Shown: positions 9,100 through 19,044 of the stretch, piece after piece
Layout: each line of letters starts with the position of its first letter
Numbering within the stretch: position 1 is the first letter of the stretch
Virus record (IMG/VR): IMGVR_UViG_3300044729_002905
Span: 1 to 52,913 of that record
Direction: 5' to 3' (one strand)
DNA from: a virus
Taxonomy: Duplodnaviria; Caudoviricetes
Length of the DNA: 52,913 bases
Made by a program: the position numbers and the translations under genes
The notes under the pieces: model-generated
The model's input: the letters and a program-made list of their open reading frames with translations, nothing else
What the model was told of the DNA's origin: nothing
The model's database searches: none

Positions 9100-11675
9100 C
9101 TAAGCCCTTTAAACATAGATGTGAATTCGTTTAAGAACCCCTGACCAGCTTTTGATTTGGTCGGTAATTTCTCATCTTCATCAATTGTAAAATAACTAGA
9201 CCTTGTTGGTTCTTCCTCTTCTTCTCCTTCACCAAAGAAACTTTCAATTGTACCAAGGGAGGCAAACGGGTCAGAAAAGTTAAGCCCAGTTGTCTTCAAT
9301 GCTTCGTTAGTTCCTGCTTTAGTGAGAGCAGCTTGTTCAGATCGATCGAGATCCGGAAAAAAGTTCTCATAAAACTCATCTTCTGTACCCTGAAAACCAG
9401 CAGATTGAAATGTTTTATATAGTTCAGTTTGGCCTTTAATAGTATCTTTGGGTTTATAATCTTCTTCTCTTTGGATGTAACTAACACCTAATACTTCTTG
9501 TGTTGGTTTCTCTCTTTTCTCGTTTAGGTACTTAATTTGTTCTCTGATTTCTTGTGCCGAACCAGTTCTAACAGCTTCTGTAATGTAATTTTTTAACTCT
9601 TCAATAGTTCCACCAAAACTTTCAAGTCCGTATTTCTCTAGTACTTCATTCCAAGTTTGCTTATCTTCTGGATTCAATCCTTTTAACATTTCATCAGCAA
9701 ATTCTTCTGGCTTCAAGAACTGACCAAAAACTGTTCCTTGAGCAAGAGCTTCTTCGTTAAGAGCTGGAAGGATTTGATTGTAGATATAATCACTCACTTT
9801 AGATGCGTTTAAAATATCATCGGCCGGATCGTAACCTTGCCCTTGGCCTTTAACCTGGAAGTGCATCCTGGCAAAAGCATCTTTGTCATTGATGTTCACG
9901 CCAAAGCGATATGCTTGTGAGGTCCAGTAAGGATCTCCATTTTTAGCTGCTTCCCAATCAGCACTTACTGTGGATGCTTGCTTTGCATAGGCTTCAGTTC
10001 TTGCCTTGTCTCCCGATGGGTTAAAGTAAAACTCTGCGTTAAAGTAACGTTCAGGAGTTTTACGAAGCTCTTCAATATATTCATTAGCCCTTAAATCAGC
10101 AACTAATTTTACAGCGTTAAGAATATCTTGAGTTTGGAATGGGTTTTGTTCTGACTGGCGAACGTCGAGATACTCAACAAATTCATTCATTGATTTGGAT
10201 TCGTTGAAGCGAGGCATCAAATATTGATCAATAAAGTCACGCGCAAATTGACCTTGAATCTTTACTCGTTCTTCTGCTTGCTCTTTTGTAAGTCCCAGCT
10301 CTAGGTCTTCTTGGTATTTGGTTTTAAGTGTGTTATCAAACCATTGCTGCCAGTTATAAGTTACTTCATTGTTAATACCAGTAATTCCACGTAAAGATTT
10401 TTCTAGAGACTTTTGTGCTTTATCGCCACCCATAAATGAAAGTACACCGCCGACCCCAGAATCACCAAGAATTGAATTAGTTAAATCTTTGTTGATACCA
10501 GTAATTTCACCAAAAGAATCAAAGCCGCTAAAGATGGCAAGTTCTTGCTCCATCCCTTTAGCTTTTTTCATTTGCTCAATTGTTTGTTTTAAAACATCTT
10601 GGGTCAATGCACCAAAACGCTTAACGTCCACAATTGCTTTCTCACCGACAGCAGCGTTGAGTGCGTCTTCTAGTTCTGTAATTCCGTAATCAGCATTGAT
10701 ATTGTATTTAAACGCAATTTCTTTATCTTCCGGTCGGTCAGACATTCGGAAGAGTACGGCAAATTCATCTGGCTTGTTAAGGTCCAAGAAAAATTCTTTT
10801 CCTTTTGATTTCCAATATGTGTCACCTGCTTTAGCAGCTTCCCAGGCTGCGGCAACTTCTGGTACCCTTAAAAGACGTTCTGTTTGAGTATCTGTGTTGA
10901 CACCAAGCTGAATCGTACGCGCTTGTTGTAACTCAATATCAGTCGGTTTACGTTCAACATATTGTTTTGCAGCGGCAAGTTCTTCTGCTTTGTTGCCACG
11001 GGCACCTGCTGGCTTACCTTGTGTTGTGTAATGGTTTAAATAAAAACCATTCTCGCCATACCGTTGAGTAATATCAATATCATCATTGGCAACAGCAGAT
11101 TGCCATTGTTGAGCAGCAACTGGATTTTGCGCTTTGTAATAAGCAGCATCAAAGACACCGTAAGGAGGTTTAGCTCCAAGATTTGAATCCCATGTTTGTA
11201 ATTTATTTTGAGTGTAAAAAGTTTTATAGTCATATAACATTGTGTTTTTAATTGAGTCCGCTTCTGCTTTGGAAAAACCCGCAGCCTCAAGACCTAGATC
11301 TTTATTTTTTAAGATATCTCTTTGTTTAACGTAATCTCCTCCTGCAGTGCTGGCCTTTACTTGAGCAAATAAATCATCTGCTTTGTTTCGTGTGTCTGCT
11401 TTTGCGGTGTCTTGATTATATTCTTTTAGTTGTTTTTCGTAATTAGCTTTATCCTGATTGAAAATGTTATTTAAATCCTCGTATACACGAGGATCCATCA
11501 TTGCAGCCCACCCTCTTTGTATATTTTGATATGCTTGTTGATAAAACCTTCCTTGACCAGATGCTCTACCAGTATTGTTCCAGTACCAATTATGGTCTGG
11601 AGCAGATGGCATTTCTGCTGGTTTTTGTTTATCTGTTTTCCACCTGCCTGTTGCAGGATCTTTGGTTAACGCCAC
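9096..11675 (-). CDS. Large putative virion (internal) protein with internal repeats
   Basis: 859 aa with 'WEAAKxGDxYW' twice and 'F(D/N)A..Y...NP' motifs; lies in the late region. Confidence 0.6.
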   Translation of the reverse strand: MALTKDPATGRWKTDKQKPAEMPSAPDHNWYWNNTGRASGQGRFYQQAYQNIQRGWAAMMDPRVYEDLNNIFNQDKANYEKQLKEYNQDTAKADTRNKADDLFAQVKASTAGGDYVKQRDILKNKDLGLEAAGFSKAEADSIKNTMLYDYKTFYTQNKLQTWDSNLGAKPPYGVFDAAYYKAQNPVAAQQWQSAVANDDIDITQRYGENGFYLNHYTTQGKPAGARGNKAEELAAAKQYVERKPTDIELQQARTIQLGVNTDTQTERLLRVPEVAAAWEAAKAGDTYWKSKGKEFFLDLNKPDEFAVLFRMSDRPEDKEIAFKYNINADYGITELEDALNAAVGEKAIVDVKRFGALTQDVLKQTIEQMKKAKGMEQELAIFSGFDSFGEITGINKDLTNSILGDSGVGGVLSFMGGDKAQKSLEKSLRGITGINNEVTYNWQQWFDNTLKTKYQEDLELGLTKEQAEERVKIQGQFARDFIDQYLMPRFNESKSMNEFVEYLDVRQSEQNPFQTQDILNAVKLVADLRANEYIEELRKTPERYFNAEFYFNPSGDKARTEAYAKQASTVSADWEAAKNGDPYWTSQAYRFGVNINDKDAFARMHFQVKGQGQGYDPADDILNASKVSDYIYNQILPALNEEALAQGTVFGQFLKPEEFADEMLKGLNPEDKQTWNEVLEKYGLESFGGTIEELKNYITEAVRTGSAQEIREQIKYLNEKREKPTQEVLGVSYIQREEDYKPKDTIKGQTELYKTFQSAGFQGTEDEFYENFFPDLDRSEQAALTKAGTNEALKTTGLNFSDPFASLGTIESFFGEGEEEEEPTRSSYFTIDEDEKLPTKSKAGQGFLNEFTSMFKGLS

Positions 11676-11676
11676 A

Positions 11677-12039
11677 TTAAACCGCCATCTGTAATGCTTC
11701 TAGTTGACAAGAAAAAATGTCAATAATTTCTTGCGACATCCAAGAACTAATTCTTTCCATCCTAGCTTGAGTAAAGAAATCCTGTTGTCTGTACCAGGTC
11801 TCTACTTCAGTGCTTCCCTTGTTACTGTTACAGCGACGACAAGCAGGAATCAAATTGTTCCTGTTGCTGGAACCTGATTTAAACCTCGGGACAATGTGAT
11901 CCAGGCTTGTTGCTACGTCTTCGCAATAGCCACATTTATAATCCCAGGATTTATAAATATCGTCTCTAAATCGTTTTTTTGCTAACCTTGGAGTTACTTC
12001 GATCAGTAGGGCGAGTGGTGCGTTCTCGTCACTGAACAT
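11677..12039 (-). CDS. HNH endonuclease
   Basis: 'CGYC...TSLDHIVPRFKSG....NLIPACRRCNSNKG'. Confidence 0.9.
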   Translation of the reverse strand: MFSDENAPLALLIEVTPRLAKKRFRDDIYKSWDYKCGYCEDVATSLDHIVPRFKSGSSNRNNLIPACRRCNSNKGSTEVETWYRQQDFFTQARMERISSWMSQEIIDIFSCQLEALQMAV

Positions 12040-12164
12040 ACTCTTTAGTTGCCGTTAACTTATTTTAAGATCGCTAAGCCAAAGCTCAAAGTTTAAGATT
12101 TGCTAAAAATCCTTGACCTACATGGGTTTGTCGGTAGTGTATATCTGAACACTCCCTGTTCTTT

Positions 12165-12410
12165 ATGTCAGCTTCTACCGGCTGGGTCACAGCCAACAAA
12201 GCGTGCGAGCTTCTTGGGCTCGACAAAAAACAACTGTTTAAGATGCGAGATAACGGCACCCTAAAACTGGGACCTCACTTCGCAGCCTTTAAGGATACGT
12301 TCTCACGAGACTCGTATCGTTGGAATGTGACTAGCGTCAGGAAAGCACTGCGTAAGCAGGGGATTGAATTTGCCGATCCACTTTCTTTGGCTGGTAAAAG
12401 TCCTTCCTGA
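12165..12410 (+). CDS. Excisionase-like DNA-binding protein
   Basis: 'WVTANKACELLGLDKKQLFKMR..GTLKLGPHF...YRWNV'. Confidence 0.6.
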   Translation: MSASTGWVTANKACELLGLDKKQLFKMRDNGTLKLGPHFAAFKDTFSRDSYRWNVTSVRKALRKQGIEFADPLSLAGKSPS

Positions 12411-12768
12411 TTCGATAAGAAAGGATTAGATCGGTCAAGTTCAAAGTAATTACTTTGTTTTTAATACCGACTTCAAGTTTTTCTTGAATCTCTTTAAAGC
12501 AGTTCTCAAGTTTTGAGGGCTGCTTTTCTTTTAGTTGAAAAAGAAGAACCCACTGTGGATGCATGGGGCGAACTTTTTTCTTTTTTGAAATGATGTTAAT
12601 TGTGTTGTCAGTGTTCCAGGTAAATCCTTTTAACTCTTTAGGGTGTACACCGTAAGTGGCAAGCATACCATAAAGCCACGCCGCTTGTCCAAAAGACTTC
12701 TTGTAAAGAAGCTGGAAGTAATCGTCAACAATCGCCTGGTCAGACGGAGGGGGATGTAAGTGCTTCAT
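12337..12768 (-). CDS. Degenerate tyrosine-recombinase-like protein
   Basis: 'AWLYGMLATYGVHPKEL' and 'VRPMHPQWVLLFQL' resemble cyanobacterial integrase box I and the following region. Only 143 aa, catalytic residues missing. Confidence 0.5.
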   Translation of the reverse strand: MKHLHPPPSDQAIVDDYFQLLYKKSFGQAAWLYGMLATYGVHPKELKGFTWNTDNTINIISKKKKVRPMHPQWVLLFQLKEKQPSKLENCFKEIQEKLEVGIKNKVITLNLTDLILSYRIRKDFYQPKKVDRQIQSPAYAVLS

Positions 12769-12887
12769 GGGTTGGTGCGTATGAGCTAACCAAACCTTAG
12801 ACCTTACTTAGCCCAGGGACGCGTTGGTGGACAAATCTTTTTGAGTCTTAATAGACTCAACATTAGTATACATTATGTAAGTCTTCC

Positions 12888-14408
12888 TTAAAGCATTGTA
12901 AAGTTATTGATCGTAATCTTATCTGTTGCAATATTAAATATTTTTTGCAGCATTGGATAAATCATTGGTGATTGACAATTATACGGAGGAACATCCATGA
13001 CTGCCAATGCGCGTTTAGTTTCTTGCAATGTGCGTGCCTTTGTTAATTCTTCTTCTGTTTGTTTGACTAATCTTTGTTCCCATTTGACCATACCATCTGG
13101 CCCTACAGGGAAATCAGATGGTTCGGGAGGAAACACTCGATCTCTAAACCTAAGTGCATAAATGTGTTTGCAGTATCGAAGCTCATCTAAAAGTGGCGTC
13201 CAGTTATCACTGATTGTCAGAATAATATCTTGTGGAACAACACTTGAATCCGTCTCAAATATTGCAGAGCTGTAGTCGTCGTATCCAGGCATACCTTCTG
13301 CCTGTGAGCCAACAGTAGCAATATTACTTGTACTTCTTGTGTAGATCATACCAAAGTCTCGATACACTCCAGGGTTATCACGCGTTGCTTTTGTATCTGT
13401 ATTCGATTCACTTACGGTGTAATCCAACTCAAAACCCTGTGGCGCATACGTTTCAAGTACTCTGTTGACATCAGGTCGTGTCATCGCCCTGTTATCAAGC
13501 TTCCCATCAGTTCTAATCTCTTCAAATCGACCAGGCTTAACTGAAGCCCTGGAGCTTCGAGGAAATTGACGTTGATTATTTTTTCCGCCATTCGAAATAA
13601 AAGAGTAATCTCGATGTGTGAAGTCTTGGCAGGTACACGAATACCTAGATCCTGTTACCAGGTACCTGCCAACTTCAAACCCTTGTGGTGACGGTGTGGT
13701 AAATATTGCATCAGGAGTGACATATACGGAACCTGCTTTTTTGAATGTAAGTACTCCTGTGTTTTGGTTTATGTTGACAACAACTGCTTGGACATAACCA
13801 TAGCGTCTTTGATTCGCAGGGTTGATCGTCTCTTTATCAATAAGAGGACCACCGTCAACAACAATACGATCTTCAAATATTTCTGTATTAGCAGGCTTTA
13901 ATCCGTTGGGTTGACCAGTAACAGTAATGTAAAACGGAGGTGGCAGTGGATTAGATGGGCTCCAGGATCCAGCTAACTTCACATACCAAAAGTTTGCATC
14001 TTCTGTAACAGATTCAACAAACAGTTTTTGGCTACTGACTGGATCTTGTACAGAGTCGGTACGAAAAGATCCTGCATAGCGCCAAATGGCCCAATGCATA
14101 CCAAACTCTTTGTTGGTTGTAGGAAAACCTACGAATGCACCAGAGATTGTGACGGGTGGGTTACCAGAAGTGGTTGTATTAGGAACTGTGTAAGAGAAAG
14201 GGAACGTGTACTCACCATTATAAGTAAGAGACGTTGCCAGTTCGTAACCCTTTCTCCACCTGGTCCAGGCTGATTCCCTATTTGCAGAGTAGATTGAATC
14301 AGGGACGCTACCCCTAGAAAACTCTGTAGTAATTGGTTTAATTTTATTCGGCGTTAAAGATTTAACTTCTTGGAAGTTACCAAAGTTACTTCCAATTTTT
14401 TTAGCCAT
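12888..14408 (-). CDS. Protein with a split SWIM-type zinc finger
   Basis: 506 aa containing 'YSCTCQDF' and, much later, 'YCKHIYAL'. Confidence 0.6.
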   Translation of the reverse strand: MAKKIGSNFGNFQEVKSLTPNKIKPITTEFSRGSVPDSIYSANRESAWTRWRKGYELATSLTYNGEYTFPFSYTVPNTTTSGNPPVTISGAFVGFPTTNKEFGMHWAIWRYAGSFRTDSVQDPVSSQKLFVESVTEDANFWYVKLAGSWSPSNPLPPPFYITVTGQPNGLKPANTEIFEDRIVVDGGPLIDKETINPANQRRYGYVQAVVVNINQNTGVLTFKKAGSVYVTPDAIFTTPSPQGFEVGRYLVTGSRYSCTCQDFTHRDYSFISNGGKNNQRQFPRSSRASVKPGRFEEIRTDGKLDNRAMTRPDVNRVLETYAPQGFELDYTVSESNTDTKATRDNPGVYRDFGMIYTRSTSNIATVGSQAEGMPGYDDYSSAIFETDSSVVPQDIILTISDNWTPLLDELRYCKHIYALRFRDRVFPPEPSDFPVGPDGMVKWEQRLVKQTEEELTKARTLQETKRALAVMDVPPYNCQSPMIYPMLQKIFNIATDKITINNFTML

Positions 14409-14410
14409 CT

Positions 14411-15193
14411 TTAAAAGAAACCACCTTGAGCAACGATGTGAGCACCGGGGGTATAACCAGAGATGTTGGGACCATCCGGGAAGACACCTACGTAAAGCCT
14501 GTCGCCCCGTTCCAGGTACACACCCTTGTTGCGCAGTGGAGCGGTCTCCCCGAGCCCTGTAGTGTTGCCTGCGGACATTGCTGGAGTGGCAATAATCGGC
14601 ATCACATCAGAACAATCAACATCTTGCGTATTACCTGGGACAGTTTTAGCAAACACAACCTTGTAATCACCAGAAGCAGGAACTGGCTGGGTTGTACCAC
14701 GGGTGTGGTAAAACACAAAGGTTACTGCTGGTTGATTACCGTAGTTAACACCGTTGTAAGTGAAACCATTAACCAATCCACCTGAGTAGTGAAGAGCTGT
14801 ATTCACCCCTGTAAGAGTGGCCGCGCCAGTGTAAGTGTAATAACCAACCCCACTTCCAGCGCCACTACCAGTGAGTATACCTGTAGCAGTAATATTAACG
14901 ATTTGTCCACTTACAAAAGAAACAATAGTACCAGAAGTAGAAGCACTTACCGTGTAATCAGGGTCACGGTAGAAATCATTACGGATAATTTTAACCGAGT
15001 CAACGATGCCACCACTGTTATTATCTTCGCTAAGCGTGGCGTCCATGTCCACAAGAATTGCCGGGACCTGACCACCCTGCACAAAGAGAGTGTTTGCAGT
15101 TGCATTACCAACAATCTGAGTAGTGACGCGTACCGAATCGTAAAGAGGACGGTCTACAAAAACGGGCTGCTTATTTGAGGAACTCGAGGACAT
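14411..15193 (-). CDS. Putative structural protein
   Basis: 260 aa, beta-rich Thr/Gly/Val composition, late region. Confidence 0.55.
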   Translation of the reverse strand: MSSSSSNKQPVFVDRPLYDSVRVTTQIVGNATANTLFVQGGQVPAILVDMDATLSEDNNSGGIVDSVKIIRNDFYRDPDYTVSASTSGTIVSFVSGQIVNITATGILTGSGAGSGVGYYTYTGAATLTGVNTALHYSGGLVNGFTYNGVNYGNQPAVTFVFYHTRGTTQPVPASGDYKVVFAKTVPGNTQDVDCSDVMPIIATPAMSAGNTTGLGETAPLRNKGVYLERGDRLYVGVFPDGPNISGYTPGAHIVAQGGFF

Positions 15194-15230
15194 TTACTTA
15201 CTCAAACTTTTATTTTCAATTATAAACGAA

Positions 15231-15488
15231 TTAAGCACCCATGTAAGATCTTAAGTTGCCAAAAGGTGTGTCTGGTAATTTAGGCATTAAAGCTTCTGGA
15301 TTATCTTGAATAGCAAGGAACCTTTGGAATAATTCACTTTTATCCTCAGGTTCTCCTGCTGATTGAAATCTCCAGTTTCTTGCGGCACGTAGCTGCGTTA
15401 ATTGTTGAGGCGTGTATGAACGCCCCAGGGCTTTTCTATAGTATTGTCCTGGAAGATAATCATCGCTGTAATCTAAATAGCTATCCAT
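15231..15488 (-). CDS. Hypothetical protein
   Basis: 85 aa, coupled to the upstream gene. Confidence 0.55.
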   Translation of the reverse strand: MDSYLDYSDDYLPGQYYRKALGRSYTPQQLTQLRAARNWRFQSAGEPEDKSELFQRFLAIQDNPEALMPKLPDTPFGNLRSYMGA

Positions 15489-16237
15489 TACACTTGCTCC
15501 ATCATTTCACGAGCTACATCTTCCAAATAAGAAGCTGCGAAGGTGCTTGGCTCAATACCTAAACCAGAATAATCAATCTGATTTAAATCAAGTAAAGAAC
15601 TACGCCTGCGTTGAAGCTGTGGTAAAACACCCATTACACTTCGTAATAAACTAGATCCAAGCGCATTCCCCGTTTGTCTGGGTGCTGGAGAGCCTGCAAG
15701 AGGCGGAAGTGTTGGGGCAGAAGGAGTTGCGGATTGCATTCCCTGCTCAAAAAACTTTTGAATTTGTTCAGGTTTTTTAACAGGTTGGCCGTAATAACTT
15801 TTACCACTTGCAGTTGGGAATGACGCCCATTCAGGAGCAAGAGCGGCTTGAATTTGTGGTGTAAGCGTACCAGCTTTGGTAATAGCTGCAAGACCACCAA
15901 TAGGATCTAATCTACTTTTAACCAGATCAAGCATTGCTAGGTTCTGGCTTTCTGGGGAAAAATCCCTTAAGCCCAATCTTTTTTGGGCACCAGCAAATGT
16001 TCCAGGTAAAAATTGATAAGCACCAGCCGCTGCGCTGGAATAACCACCAGGAGAGCTGATTACTTTATCTGGATGACGTGAAAAATCTTTAAACCTACCT
16101 CCGCCAAACATGACGTTGTAGCCAGGCTTTCCACCAAGAATTGTTCCTTCTGCTCCAGCAATGGCTTGCTGTAACCCAGAATACAATCCCGGATTAGCTT
16201 TCGCCCAGGCTTCAAGTTGTTGGCGCCTTGTAGACAT
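15488..16237 (-). CDS. Lambda-lysozyme-like (GH104) muramidase, probably virion-associated
   Basis: 'AIAGAEGT...GYNVMFGG..F.DFSRHP...SAAAGAYQFL..T...DFSPESQ...EWASFP' followed by a low-complexity tail. Confidence 0.85.
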   Translation of the reverse strand: MSTRRQQLEAWAKANPGLYSGLQQAIAGAEGTILGGKPGYNVMFGGGRFKDFSRHPDKVISSPGGYSSAAAGAYQFLPGTFAGAQKRLGLRDFSPESQNLAMLDLVKSRLDPIGGLAAITKAGTLTPQIQAALAPEWASFPTASGKSYYGQPVKKPEQIQKFFEQGMQSATPSAPTLPPLAGSPAPRQTGNALGSSLLRSVMGVLPQLQRRRSSLLDLNQIDYSGLGIEPSTFAASYLEDVAREMMEQV

Positions 16238-16250
16238 TTCAGTTTTTGGC

Positions 16251-16367
16251 TTATTCTCCTACCCAATTTGAATCTGCCTTGAGACCGGGGACAAATACTG
16301 CTTGTAGAGCTACGATCAAACTCAGTTTCGCAGTAAGGCGACGGACAAAATTACGGCAGAGAATCAT
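16251..16367 (-). CDS. Small signal-peptide-like ORF (38 aa)
   Basis: MILCRNFVRRLTAKLSLIVALQAVFVPGLKADSNWVGE, found by manual translation. Confidence 0.4.
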   Translation of the reverse strand: MILCRNFVRRLTAKLSLIVALQAVFVPGLKADSNWVGE

Positions 16368-16471
16368 TAGGATAAAGCAGCTACACTGGCCCCCGGCGAC
16401 TAAAAGTCTTGTGTCCAGTTGGTGGTCTTACCCACAGGTGTGGTGCCAAGTAACCCTAGTTTATCAAAGGG

Positions 16472-17260
16472 TTATTTTATGCGGCTTTCAAACGCTTTTT
16501 TGAGAAGCGCAAGCTGAGTTTGACTGAGCTCTTCTTGACTAAGAAACTTACGTGGATCGGTGAACATCTCTGTTGCACCGGGGATTGGGGTAGATTTAGC
16601 AAAGACTTCAGAAGCACCGAATTGAGGAACTGTTGGAGTTGGAATACCAGTAAGCGGAGTCTGGGTTTGGAAACCAGCCATTGCCCCTGGCACTTGATTC
16701 ATTTTGTTGGCATACTGCATGTCACCAGTCTGTGCTTGGAATTGTCCCAGTGGACTTTGGGACATGACAGCAGAGGTGGCTTGTGTGTACCCAAGCTGAC
16801 CTGGCTTCAGTTTCTGTGCTAACTGCGGGTTTGTAGTGGCCCAGATCTCAAGACCAATCTTTTCTTTATCTTCTGGACTAGCAGTGTTATATGCTTTTGT
16901 TAATTCAGCAACACGATACTTTTTAAACAGAGGATCTTGCTCTGTCATTTGAGTAACGCGTGAACGTTCTTGTTTTTCAGCGCGTTGAATTGGTGTGTCA
17001 ATAGAAGCAAAGGTTGTTGATTGAGGAACGTAACTTGCCATATTTCCTCCACCAATACCTCCTCCTGCACTGGGACCAGCGGCAGCCCTGGCAGCAGCAG
17101 CTAAAGCAAGCTCTTGGCCGCGATAGTTTTTACCTAAGTTACTTACTTGAGTACCGCCATATTGAGGCGTGATTCCCGTGCGAGGAAGCAAACCCATCCG
17201 TCGCAATTGAGCGGTTAATCCGGTTGATGCACTAATTAAAGGTTCAGTAAAATCAAACAT
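16472..17260 (-). CDS. Putative internal virion protein
   Basis: 262 aa, Gln/Ala/Gly-rich, coupled to the upstream gene. Confidence 0.55.
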   Translation of the reverse strand: MFDFTEPLISASTGLTAQLRRMGLLPRTGITPQYGGTQVSNLGKNYRGQELALAAAARAAAGPSAGGGIGGGNMASYVPQSTTFASIDTPIQRAEKQERSRVTQMTEQDPLFKKYRVAELTKAYNTASPEDKEKIGLEIWATTNPQLAQKLKPGQLGYTQATSAVMSQSPLGQFQAQTGDMQYANKMNQVPGAMAGFQTQTPLTGIPTPTVPQFGASEVFAKSTPIPGATEMFTDPRKFLSQEELSQTQLALLKKAFESRIK

Positions 17261-17721
17261 TACCGATAATTCTCCGCTAAGAAAATATTAGAGCCAACAG
17301 ATACGTCAGCAGGTCCAGGCATGGCCTGAATGAATTCAGCACCTGAGCGTTCGTAACGATAACGAGCCTGGAAAGGATCCTTGTAGTTAGGAACGTAAAG
17401 AATGTGGGCAAGTCGATTTGTCTCATAAAGATAAATCTCATCCCAGGTCTTCAGTGCTTCTTTGGCATTACTAGATCGGATGGTACGATCCACGTCACCA
17501 GCAATGTTCTCAACTCTGGTTGAAGGTGTGGTTGCAACCTCAGTTTTCTTTTCAGCCGTATCGCAACGATCGATCTGAATGATAATTTTACTGTAAAAAT
17601 ATGAATCAGGTACCGTGTTCATAGCTTCTTCCAAACGGGCATAGTCACCTGCTGGAACAGAAACCACATAGTAACCTAGGTGATACCTGACTCTACTTTT
17701 ATCAAAGTCACTGAGTTTCAC
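17260..17721 (-). CDS. Putative head-tail adaptor/connector
   Basis: 'MKLSDFDKSRVRYHLGY' N-terminus typical of head completion proteins; downstream of the capsid genes. Confidence 0.5.
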   Translation of the reverse strand: MKLSDFDKSRVRYHLGYYVVSVPAGDYARLEEAMNTVPDSYFYSKIIIQIDRCDTAEKKTEVATTPSTRVENIAGDVDRTIRSSNAKEALKTWDEIYLYETNRLAHILYVPNYKDPFQARYRYERSGAEFIQAMPGPADVSVGSNIFLAENYR

Positions 17722-17760
17722 AAACTACACCCATTTACTTAACATTATAAATTCAAACAA

Positions 17761-18510
17761 TCAAGCAAACATTTGCATTGCTTGTTGTGGAGTAATAAAC
17801 CCAGCTTGGGGCAAGTTAATTAAACTTTCCATTTCTTGTCTACGTTCTAAAGCTTGACCCAATGCACGTGACACAAGCATGTCTTTCAACGTTGGTTGTT
17901 TACCAACACCAAGAGCTTCTAGTAATTTATTAACACTATCTTCATTATTTGTTTGTGTATCACCAGGGAGTTGTGGAGCTTCTGGCGCAGCACCTAAAAC
18001 GTTTACATCGCCTGCTTCTGGTCTATCAATATTACCGTGACCAACACGAGCAATAACTTTTCCACTGGGGTCTAAAGACTCAGAAAAATAACCATATCCT
18101 CCACCAGATCCCCTGCGTACTTTCCCACCTGCAACAGCAGGAATATAAATAGAAGCGTCTTCTACAGCTCCTTTATCAAATCTACTTTTTCCTTTAAAAG
18201 GAACATAGTAATCAAAAGATTGCCAACCAGGATGCCGACTATGACTATGTGCACCTGCAGCGCGTTCTAATAAATCTATTTTTTCATCAAGTTCTGCACT
18301 AGGATTCCAACGGCGACCTGAAACCGCTGGATTAGAAAATTCAATTTCTCTACCAATTGTTTGTTTTTGACGCGCTAAAGCATCAAACATTTTTACTCTT
18401 TCAGCAACTGGTAAAGAAGCTAATAGCTTTAAATCAATGTGATATTCAGTACCAGCTCCTCCTTTACCTTTTGGAGCCGTAAAGCCAGAACGTTCTGTTA
18501 AATATGACAT
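17761..18510 (-). CDS. M23-peptidase-like virion protein
   Basis: 'EYHIDLK', 'FDY', 'AVAGGKV...GGYGYF...RVGHG' resemble the M23/LytM fold. Confidence 0.45.
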   Translation of the reverse strand: MSYLTERSGFTAPKGKGGAGTEYHIDLKLLASLPVAERVKMFDALARQKQTIGREIEFSNPAVSGRRWNPSAELDEKIDLLERAAGAHSHSRHPGWQSFDYYVPFKGKSRFDKGAVEDASIYIPAVAGGKVRRGSGGGYGYFSESLDPSGKVIARVGHGNIDRPEAGDVNVLGAAPEAPQLPGDTQTNNEDSVNKLLEALGVGKQPTLKDMLVSRALGQALERRQEMESLINLPQAGFITPQQAMQMFA

Positions 18511-18536
18511 TATTCTTTTCTTTTTATTTTAAAACT

Positions 18537-18560
18537 AAAAAACCCCTGATTACTCAGGGG
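18537..18560 (-). terminator. Intrinsic terminator after the capsid operon
   Basis: Minus strand CCCCTGA-gtaa-TCAGGGG followed by a T-run. Confidence 0.8.
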
Positions 18561-18580
18561 CTTGTAATTGGAGATGTTAG

Positions 18581-19012
18581 TTATACACGTACCAGGTCTG
18601 CGGCGAATACAGAATCCCAATCAACTCTTTTGATTTGGCGTAACTGCTCGAGGTTGTTAAATCTTTCACCAGACAGGGACAACTGAAGGTCCTTGATTTC
18701 TCGAGCAGTCTTCAAACCAATTCCTTTGATATGGTCTGCAATCATCTGTGCAGTAGCACCGTTGATATTAAGACGTGTATCGGGGGGAAAATTGCGAGGT
18801 TCTTCGTTTGCCGCTTTATCTTTTACCTGCAAAGTCTTAACTTTTTTAGTTGCAGACTCGTCGGGTTCAAGTTCAGTTTTGTAAGCGGTGTAAAGGCGAC
18901 CGTCCTGATCTTCGACCATGAACCAATCGCCTTCATCCCACTCACTAATGATTCGAACTCGAGCACCGGTTTTTTTATGACGATGCAGGAGCAGTTCTGC
19001 GGCAACAGACAT
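18581..19012 (-). CDS. Helix-hairpin-helix (ComEA-like) domain protein
   Basis: 'RLNINGATAQMIADHIKGIGLKTAREI...RFNNLEQLRQIKRV'. Confidence 0.75.
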   Translation of the reverse strand: MSVAAELLLHRHKKTGARVRIISEWDEGDWFMVEDQDGRLYTAYKTELEPDESATKKVKTLQVKDKAANEEPRNFPPDTRLNINGATAQMIADHIKGIGLKTAREIKDLQLSLSGERFNNLEQLRQIKRVDWDSVFAADLVRV

Positions 19013-19044
19013 AGGACCAAGAAAATACCTGGTCCTAGTTTAAC

